Shown here in pieces: positions 57,843 to 64,000 of a DNA stretch of 64,000 bases. The translations under genes and the position numbers were made by a program. The stretch lies in the NCBI GenBank assembly GCA_051744845.1, contig JBNJDJ010000002.1:8319-72318 (forward strand). The letters are read 5' to 3'. The notes beneath the pieces are model-generated. The model was not told the origin of the DNA, did not search any database, and saw nothing but the letters and a program-made list of their open reading frames with translations. The stretch is from Bacillota bacterium (GTDB lineage: Bacteria; Bacillota; Clostridia; Peptostreptococcales; Acidaminobacteraceae). Position 1 is the first letter of the stretch, and each line of letters starts with the position of its first letter.

Positions 57843-58940
57843 CTACTGATTAATTTTTAATAAATTATTATACATTTTTTTCTGTAAGTCAATATCATAA
57901 ATAAATAAATCTCTTTTAGATAAATCAATAATTTCTCCATCATCAACAGTATTTCCATAATTATCAACTTTTACTTTTACTACTGGTTCAAAATGCTTAG
58001 GTTTTATTACTTTAACATGATAACCATTATTTAAAATTAAATGAGTCCCTTCAGGATAATGTCCTACAACTTTCAAAAAGTTTTTAGTAACATATTTATC
58101 AAATCTTTTACCAATATTTTGAATTATAATTTTAGTTGCTGTATAACGATTAATTTTACCTCTATAATGTCTATTAGTAAGTAGCGCATCATAAGTATCA
58201 CAAATCCCACAAATTTTTGCACCAACAGGAATATCCATTTTAGATAATCCTTCAGGATAACCAGAACCATCTATATTTTCGTGATGATATTTAATTACAG
58301 CTAAACTTTCATCAGATAAATCGTATCTTTCTTTTAATAATTTATGACCAAAAACTGCATGAGTTTGTACCTTTTTAAATTCTTTTTCTTCTAATTTTCC
58401 TTTTTTATTTAATAATTCCTTAGGTACATTTATATAACCAATATCATGTATTAATGTTCCAATTGCAATTTTTTTTATTAAGTCTCTGTTTAAACCTAAG
58501 ACAAGACTAGTCGCAATTGCTAAGACCGTAGAATTAATAGCATGTTCATAATAATATTGACTTAAGTCTTTTAAATTATTAATGTTAACAATTAATCCAT
58601 CTTTTGATAAAATGTCTTCTAAAATTTCATTAATAACTTTTTCATATTTTGACAACTCAATATATTTATTTTCAACTATATTTTTAAAAATCTCTTTTAC
58701 TTCATTTTTTGTTTCTTTTTTAGTTTCATAAAATTTATTTTGTTTTGAATCATCAAGGTCTTTTATGTCGACTACTTCATCATCAATATGTACATAATCA
58801 ATGTTATTATTTAAAATTTTTTCAATATGATTATCATTTAATTCTTGACCTTTTTCCAAAAGAATATTACCAAACCTATTAAATATAGGTCTAGCAAGAA
58901 CCATCCCTTCTTCTAATTCTTCTACAGATTTAATTAACAT
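57843..58940 (-). CDS. HD-GYP domain protein (putative c-di-GMP phosphodiesterase)
   Basis: HDIGY and HHENIDGSGYP motifs. Roughly 130-aa N-terminal domain of unknown function. No TM segment. Confidence 0.8.
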   Translation of the reverse strand: MLIKSVEELEEGMVLARPIFNRFGNILLEKGQELNDNHIEKILNNNIDYVHIDDEVVDIKDLDDSKQNKFYETKKETKNEVKEIFKNIVENKYIELSKYEKVINEILEDILSKDGLIVNINNLKDLSQYYYEHAINSTVLAIATSLVLGLNRDLIKKIAIGTLIHDIGYINVPKELLNKKGKLEEKEFKKVQTHAVFGHKLLKERYDLSDESLAVIKYHHENIDGSGYPEGLSKMDIPVGAKICGICDTYDALLTNRHYRGKINRYTATKIIIQNIGKRFDKYVTKNFLKVVGHYPEGTHLILNNGYHVKVIKPKHFEPVVKVKVDNYGNTVDDGEIIDLSKRDLFIYDIDLQKKMYNNLLKINQ

Positions 58941-59203
58941 TATAAGCCTACCAATTCTTTATCTATTAGATTCTTTATAGCCTCAAAAGCTTCTTGTTCA
59001 TCAGGTCCACTAATTGCTAACTCAATTTCTTGACCGTGTTTTATTCCTATTGATAAAAGTCCCATTATACTTTTGCCATCAAAAGTATGGTTACCAACAC
59101 TAACTATTATTTCAGAATCATATTTATTAGTAATTTCAACAAATTTTGCAGCAGCCCTTGCATGTAGCCCTAATTTATTTTTTATTTTTAATGTTTTTTT
59201 CAT
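58940..59203 (-). CDS. HPr-family phosphocarrier protein
   Basis: GLHARAA (His15) and GKSIMGLL (Ser46) are both present. It sits downstream of whiA, where Bacillus has crh. Confidence 0.85.
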   Translation of the reverse strand: MKKTLKIKNKLGLHARAAAKFVEITNKYDSEIIVSVGNHTFDGKSIMGLLSIGIKHGQEIELAISGPDEQEAFEAIKNLIDKELVGL

Positions 59204-59204
59204 T

Positions 59205-60146
59205 TTAATCCTCCTTGTCTATTTTTTTAGAAATCTTCTCTATTTTTTTTAATCTATAATTCATACTAGATTTTGATATATCAGTATCATATAACTGACT
59301 TAATTCTTTTAGACTTGCTTCTTTATTTTCAATTCTTAATTTTGCAATTTTTTGAAGTTCTTTCGATAAAAAATCTAAACCTTTTTTCTTTCGTATATTT
59401 TCAATTGCATTAATATGTCTTATAGAAGCATCAATTGTTTTATTAAGATTTGCAGTTTCACAATTAACCCTTCTATTAACATCGTTACGCACTTCCTTTA
59501 AAGTTCTTACGTTTTCATATTCTAAAAGTGCATTGTGTGCTCCTATTATACTCAAAAATTTAACAATACTTTCACTTTCTTTTATATAAACAACATAATT
59601 ATTTTTTCTTTTAATTAAATTACTATTTAATTCAAAATCCATAAGTAAATCATTAATACTTTCTGCAAAAACACGGCTGTGAACATTTAATTCTAAATGA
59701 TAAGAACTTTTAGGGTCATTTATTGACCCTCCTCCTAAGAATATACCACGTAAATAGGCTTTTTTCAATTCTTTAGTAGCAATCATTTTTTTATCTATTT
59801 TATTAACTATCTGATAAAAGCCATTTGATTTAGTTAAAATAGATAATTTTAATAATATATCATTTGAATCATTTATTTTTATTACATAAGAATTTTTTCT
59901 GTGTTTTCTAAAATTACTTTTAGTTTCAATTTCAGTATTAATGTTAAAAATTTTTTTGAATAGAATGAAAACTAATCTAGCAACAGCAGCATTTTCTGAT
60001 TTTATCGTTAAATTAGTTTTATTCATACCGACAATATGTATTTGACCATTAGTTCTAATAATACTAGATAATTGAGACTTTTGGCTTTTTAAACTTTCTG
60101 ATTTTATTCTACATAAATTATTTTTAACTTTTGATGCAAAAGACAT
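59205..60146 (-). CDS. whiA: Sporulation/cell-division regulator WhiA
   Basis: MSFASKVKNNL start, degenerate LAGLIDADG-type middle region (LRGIFLGGGSI) and a C-terminal HTH. Confidence 0.9.
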   Translation of the reverse strand: MSFASKVKNNLCRIKSESLKSQKSQLSSIIRTNGQIHIVGMNKTNLTIKSENAAVARLVFILFKKIFNINTEIETKSNFRKHRKNSYVIKINDSNDILLKLSILTKSNGFYQIVNKIDKKMIATKELKKAYLRGIFLGGGSINDPKSSYHLELNVHSRVFAESINDLLMDFELNSNLIKRKNNYVVYIKESESIVKFLSIIGAHNALLEYENVRTLKEVRNDVNRRVNCETANLNKTIDASIRHINAIENIRKKKGLDFLSKELQKIAKLRIENKEASLKELSQLYDTDISKSSMNYRLKKIEKISKKIDKED

Positions 60147-60189
60147 ATATTCTCCTCTTTAATTAATTACACCTATATAGACATTATAC

Positions 60190-60230
60190 CAAAAAATAAA
60201 GGAATTTCTAAATTTAATTAGAAATTCCTT
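60190..60230 (-). terminator. Rho-independent terminator of tnaA
   Basis: 12-bp stem AAGGAATTTCTA / TAGAAATTCCTT (60199-60210 / 60219-60230), then TTATTTTTT on the minus strand. Confidence 0.8.
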
Positions 60231-60236
60231 GAAATT

Positions 60237-61619
60237 TTATTTTTTAGGTTGTAATTTAGCAGTAAAATGTCTTAATACTTCAGGTTCATAGTCAAATTCA
60301 AAACCATTTAAATCTTTTGACCTTTTTGAAACTTCAATAACAACATCTGCAATATAATCCATATGATTATCAGTATAAACTCTTCTTGGAATAGTTAATC
60401 TCATAAATTCAAAAGGCGACTCTAAATTTTCACCAGTATCTGGATCTCTTCCTAATAAGAAAGACCCAATTTCAACTGCTCTTACTCCACCTTCTAAATA
60501 AACTTCATTACAAACCGCTTGTGCAGGAAATTCATGAAATGGAATTTGCGGACATAATTTTTTACAATCTACAAATACTGCATGCCCTCCTACTGGATAT
60601 TGAATTGGTACTCCTGCTTCTCTTAATCTATGACCTAAATACTTAACTTGATTAATTCTATATTCTAAATATCTTATATCTAAAGCTTCTTGAAGACCAG
60701 TTGCTAAAGCTTCTAAATCTCGTCCAGATAAACCTCCATATGTTGGAAAACCTTCTAATGGTACAATAGTTGATCTACAAGCTGTATAAAGCTCTTCATC
60801 ATCTTTTATACCTATTATTCCTCCCATATTAACAAGTCCATCTTTTTTAGCACTCATCATAAATCCATCAGCATTTTCAAACATTTCTTTTGCAATTTCT
60901 TTAATAGATTTATCTTTATATCCTTCTTCTCTCATTTTAATAAAATAAGCATTTTCAGCATATCTTGCTGCATCTAAGAAAACTTTGATATTGTATTTTT
61001 CTCCAATTTTTTTAACAGCTTTTATATTTTCCATACTTACTGGTTGACCACCTGCTGAATTACATGTAACTGTATTAATAATACATGCAATATTTTCAGG
61101 ACCTTTTTCTAAAATAGTATCTTCTAACTTTTTCAAATTGAAATTTCCTTTAAAAGGATGATATTTTTCAACCTCAAAGGCTCTTTCATCAATAACATTT
61201 ATAGCTCTAGCACCTGATATTTCAACATGTGCCTTAGTTGTATCAAAATGCATATTACTTATTACACTCATACCTTCTTTTTTTACTAAATTAGGTAAAA
61301 CAACTTGTTCTGCTCCACGTCCTTGATGTGTAGGTATTACGAAATCGTATCCAGTAATATCTTGAACAACTTTTTCTAATCGGTAAAAAGATTTTGATCC
61401 AGCATAAGACTCATCTCCTAGCATAAGATCAGACCATTGATTATCACTCATAGCACCTGTCCCACTATCAGTTAACAAATCAATATAAACATCTTTTGCA
61501 GCTAAAGAAAATGGATTATAACCAGCTTCCTTTAACCTTTTTACCCTTTCTTCTTCATCAATAAGATTAATTTGTTCAACCATTTTAATCTTAAAAGGTT
61601 CTGCTTTTCTTTTTGTCAT
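60237..61619 (-). CDS. tnaA: Tryptophanase (tryptophan indole-lyase)
   Basis: Beta-eliminating lyase with [16 protein letters not shown] and the SAKKD PLP-Lys. Specificity positions are tryptophanase-like: HFDTT (Asp, versus Thr in tyrosine phenol-lyase) and LRHFTAKL (His, versus Phe). Confidence 0.85.
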   Translation of the reverse strand: MTKRKAEPFKIKMVEQINLIDEEERVKRLKEAGYNPFSLAAKDVYIDLLTDSGTGAMSDNQWSDLMLGDESYAGSKSFYRLEKVVQDITGYDFVIPTHQGRGAEQVVLPNLVKKEGMSVISNMHFDTTKAHVEISGARAINVIDERAFEVEKYHPFKGNFNLKKLEDTILEKGPENIACIINTVTCNSAGGQPVSMENIKAVKKIGEKYNIKVFLDAARYAENAYFIKMREEGYKDKSIKEIAKEMFENADGFMMSAKKDGLVNMGGIIGIKDDEELYTACRSTIVPLEGFPTYGGLSGRDLEALATGLQEALDIRYLEYRINQVKYLGHRLREAGVPIQYPVGGHAVFVDCKKLCPQIPFHEFPAQAVCNEVYLEGGVRAVEIGSFLLGRDPDTGENLESPFEFMRLTIPRRVYTDNHMDYIADVVIEVSKRSKDLNGFEFDYEPEVLRHFTAKLQPKK

Positions 61620-61714
61620 TTCTTCCTCCTTTAATTAACTAATTACCAAAGGTGGATTTTTTTAAATTTCTTTGCAAATCCAAATGTCAATACTTCTAAG
61701 AATATCTATTTATT

Positions 61715-61743
61715 ATTATACTAGAAACGTTTTCATTATTCAA
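61715..61743 (-). promoter_or_regulatory. sigmaA consensus-like promoter of tnaA
   Basis: On the minus strand: TTGAAT (61738-61743), 17-nt spacer, then TATAAT (61715-61720). This leaves a leader of roughly 90 nt. Confidence 0.55.
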
Positions 61744-61745
61744 TT

Positions 61746-61775
61746 AAAACCTTTAAATATTAAATTAAAGGTTTT
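61746..61775 (-). terminator. Hairpin at the end of the amino-acid ABC operon
   Basis: 11-bp stem AAAACCTTTAA / TTAAAGGTTTT includes the ATPase stop codon. The U-tail is short. Confidence 0.45.
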
Positions 61776-62496
61776 TAGTCCAACTAAATACACGAGATAA
61801 AAAGTCTTTTAAATCTTTCGTTTTAGGGTTATCTATAATATCTACGTTACCGTGTTCTTTAATTTGACCTTCATCTACAAATATAATATAATCAGCTACT
61901 TCTTTAACAAAACCTATTTCATGAGTCACTATTATAAAATCTTTTTTTTCTTTTTTTAACTCTAAAATAGCTTGTAATACATCATAAGTCAATACTGGAT
62001 CTAAAGAACTAGTAGGTTCATCAAAAAGTAAAACCTCTGGATTAATTGCTAAAGCTCTAACTAATGCTACTCTTTGAGATTGTCCTCCACTTAATTGACT
62101 AGGCTTCTTTTTACTATGGGTCTTAAGACCAAATTTATCTAATAACTTTTTAGCAATTTTTTTAGCTTCCTTTTTACTATATTTATGAACTTTAGTTAAA
62201 ATTATAGTTATATTTTCTAATACATTTAAATGCAAAAATAAATTGTGACTTTGAAAAACAAAACCACATTTCTTATGAAGTAATTCTTCATTATCTTTTA
62301 CATTTATATCATTAATTGAAATATCACCACTAGTTATTGATTCAAACCCAGCAATCATTCTTAAAAGCGTAGATTTTCCACCACCACTAGGTCCTATAAC
62401 TCCTATTATATGATGGTCTTTTATTTTTATTGTTATATCATCTAATACCTTTTTATCTCCAAATTTTTTCATTACATTTTCAATATCTAAAATCAT
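61765..62496 (-). CDS. Polar amino-acid ABC transporter ATP-binding protein (GlnQ type)
   Basis: GPSGGGKST, LSGGQSQRVALVRA and LLFDEPTSSLDP motifs. ATGA overlap with the permease gene. Confidence 0.9.
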   Translation of the reverse strand: MILDIENVMKKFGDKKVLDDITIKIKDHHIIGVIGPSGGGKSTLLRMIAGFESITSGDISINDINVKDNEELLHKKCGFVFQSHNLFLHLNVLENITIILTKVHKYSKKEAKKIAKKLLDKFGLKTHSKKKPSQLSGGQSQRVALVRALAINPEVLLFDEPTSSLDPVLTYDVLQAILELKKEKKDFIIVTHEIGFVKEVADYIIFVDEGQIKEHGNVDIIDNPKTKDLKDFLSRVFSWTKNL

Positions 62497-63239
62497 TGTG
62501 TCACCTTCAATCTTCTTTCCATTTTTTTAATTGCTAAAGATATTGGTATAGTTATAATCAAATATCCTATTGCTAAAACAATATATCCTTCTATAGTATC
62601 AAAAGTATTTGAATTAACTCCCATCATTGTATTAAAAAATTCATTTACCGCCATATAAGAAAGTAAAGCTGTACTTTTAACTAATAAAGCAAGTTGTCCA
62701 GTTAAAGGAGGTAAAATTGTTTTAATAATTTGTGGTAATATAATAAATCTATATGTCTGATATTCGCTAAAACCAAAAACTTTAGCTGCTTTCCACTGAC
62801 TATCAGGTATACTTTCTATACCTGAACGATATATTTCAGATATATATGCAGAATTATAAGAAGTCAAAATAATAATAGCAGCAATAAATTTATCATTTAT
62901 ATTGAAAGCTCTTCCTACTATATAATATAAAATTACTACTAAAACTAAAAGTGGGGTTCCAAACATTACTTCTGTAAAAACTTTTCCTATATAATTTAAA
63001 AAAAGTATTCTACTTTGTTTCATAAAATATAATACTAATCCAATTATCAAACTAAAAGCTAAGGAAACTATTGTTAATAGTAAAGTTTGACCCCAACCTT
63101 TTATAATTATAGGAAAATATACATTAATAAAATCCCAATTATAAGTATAATCACTAAATCGATAATTAATAAATAATAAAAATACAACATAAAATATTAT
63201 AGTTAAAATTATATTTAATTTTTTATTTTCTTGTAACAT
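62493..63239 (-). CDS. Polar amino-acid ABC transporter permease (HisM/GlnP type)
   Basis: EAA-loop region (SGIESIPDSQWKAAKVFGFS) and 5-6 TM segments. AAGGAG precedes the ATG at 63239 (ORF track gives 63287). Confidence 0.85.
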   Translation of the reverse strand: MLQENKKLNIILTIIFYVVFLLFINYRFSDYTYNWDFINVYFPIIIKGWGQTLLLTIVSLAFSLIIGLVLYFMKQSRILFLNYIGKVFTEVMFGTPLLVLVVILYYIVGRAFNINDKFIAAIIILTSYNSAYISEIYRSGIESIPDSQWKAAKVFGFSEYQTYRFIILPQIIKTILPPLTGQLALLVKSTALLSYMAVNEFFNTMMGVNSNTFDTIEGYIVLAIGYLIITIPISLAIKKMERRLKVTQ

Positions 63240-63260
63240 ATCTTCTCCTTTTATTTTAAA

Positions 63261-63284
63261 AGCTCTTCTTAAAAAAGAAGAGCT
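63261..63284 (-). promoter_or_regulatory. Intra-operon stem-loop between the binding-protein and permease genes
   Basis: 10-bp perfect stem AGCTCTTCTT / AAGAAGAGCT with a 4-nt loop. Only a short U-tail, immediately before the permease SD. Confidence 0.5.
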
Positions 63285-63297
63285 CATTTAACTTTAT

Positions 63298-64000
63298 TTA
63301 AAAGAAAAAATCAATATCATATTTTTCAAATTCTTTTATTTTTTCTTTTAGATATTTTTTTCGTAATCTATCATAAGTTCCATCATTTTTAGCTTTTTCA
63401 ATATATTCATTTACCTTCTTCTTAAATTCTGGTTGATCCTTTTTCATAGCAATTCCCCAACCTTTTGTATTTGGTAAAGGTTCTAAAATTGTTCTTGTAG
63501 TATCAGGGTGATTTTTATGATGACGTATTATTGAAAGTGGATCATATATAAATACATCTCCTTTTCCTTGAGAAACTTCTAAAACTGCAGTCGACTCTTC
63601 ATTAACATTTTTTATATTTGCTTTTGGAGCATTTTCTTTCGCCCATAAAGCACCAATTGTTCCAGTTTTGGAAACAATAGTAACATCTGAATCATTTAAA
63701 TCTTCATGTGACTTAACTTTAGAATCTTCATGAACTAACATCATAAGTTGACTATTTGTATATGGATCTGAAAAATCAACTTTTTTTGCTCTTGCAGGTG
63801 TAATTGTCATTGATGATATAATAATATCAATTTCTCCACTCATTAAAGATGGTATCAAACTTGGGTATGGTGTATCAACTATTTTAACATCTTTTCCTAA
63901 ATACTCGCCAAGACCTTTGGCTAATTCAACACTTACACCTTCAGGATTATCTTCTTCATCTTTACCTTCAAATGGCGGATATTTAAGTTCCATACCTACT
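63298..64000 (-). CDS. Polar amino-acid ABC transporter substrate-binding protein (5' end outside window)
   Basis: The frame stays open to the window edge (..VGMELKYPPFE..). Family-3 SBP pattern includes DIIISSMTITPARAKKVDFSDPY. Confidence 0.8.
   Translation of the reverse strand, partial: VGMELKYPPFEGKDEEDNPEGVSVELAKGLGEYLGKDVKIVDTPYPSLIPSLMSGEIDIIISSMTITPARAKKVDFSDPYTNSQLMMLVHEDSKVKSHEDLNDSDVTIVSKTGTIGALWAKENAPKANIKNVNEESTAVLEVSQGKGDVFIYDPLSIIRHHKNHPDTTRTILEPLPNTKGWGIAMKKDQPEFKKKVNEYIEKAKNDGTYDRLRKKYLKEKIKEFEKYDIDFFF

Noticed and set aside
1-64000. Apparent excess of non-ATG starts: TTG for yloV, asp23, prpC, mutS2 and the U32 gene, probably ddl, and GTG for rpe
   Set aside because: About 7 of 60 genes is close to the TTG/GTG usage known for Bacillus and other Firmicutes, so this is not anomalous.
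1-64000. Search for CRISPR repeats, tRNA/rRNA genes, IS elements, integrases, toxin-antitoxin pairs or defence islands
   Set aside because: Every gap over 90 nt was read. They contain only promoters, SD sequences and terminator hairpins. No repeat array, cloverleaf-like GC-rich segment or mobility gene was seen.

Overview
This is a very AT-rich (by eye about three quarters A+T), gene-dense chromosomal segment with about 60 CDS and only short intergenic gaps. Gene content and order are typical of a low-GC Firmicute (Clostridia/Tissierellia-like). Recognisable blocks are yloV-asp23 / rpmB / thiN-rpe-rsgA-prkC-prpC-rsmB, zapA-U32-mutS2, murF, rnr, hemW-lepA, rpsT, deoD-sdaAB-sdaAA, fabI, glutamine synthetase, add, ddl, pyk-pfkA-dnaE, whiA-hpr, tnaA and an amino-acid ABC transporter. 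I saw no rRNA, tRNA, CRISPR array, transposase, integrase or phage genes. This looks like core genome rather than an accessory island, and I found no clear-cut new defence or mobile system. The unusual content is regulatory. (1) A tightly coupled four-gene sensory operon (9205-13057) extends a GlnK/GlnL-type kinase and regulator with a second receiver protein carrying a degenerate GGDEF-like domain and a lipoprotein, upstream of an NhaC-family transporter. (2) An 83-aa stand-alone CarA-N-terminal-like ORF sits behind a near-consensus promoter that carries a perfect ARG box (ArgR operator). (3) A response regulator abuts ddl stop-to-start, followed by marR and an orphan kynureninase with an 8-2-8 palindrome, and an intramembrane-type kinase is transcribed divergently. 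(4) There is an eutH-ccdA-tlpA operon. (5) HD-GYP and orphan solute-binding genes are wedged between whiA-hpr and dnaE with overlapping junctions. Several ORF-track N-termini were trimmed to internal starts with Shine-Dalgarno support, some of them TTG or GTG. All family calls come from motif recognition by eye; no searches were run.
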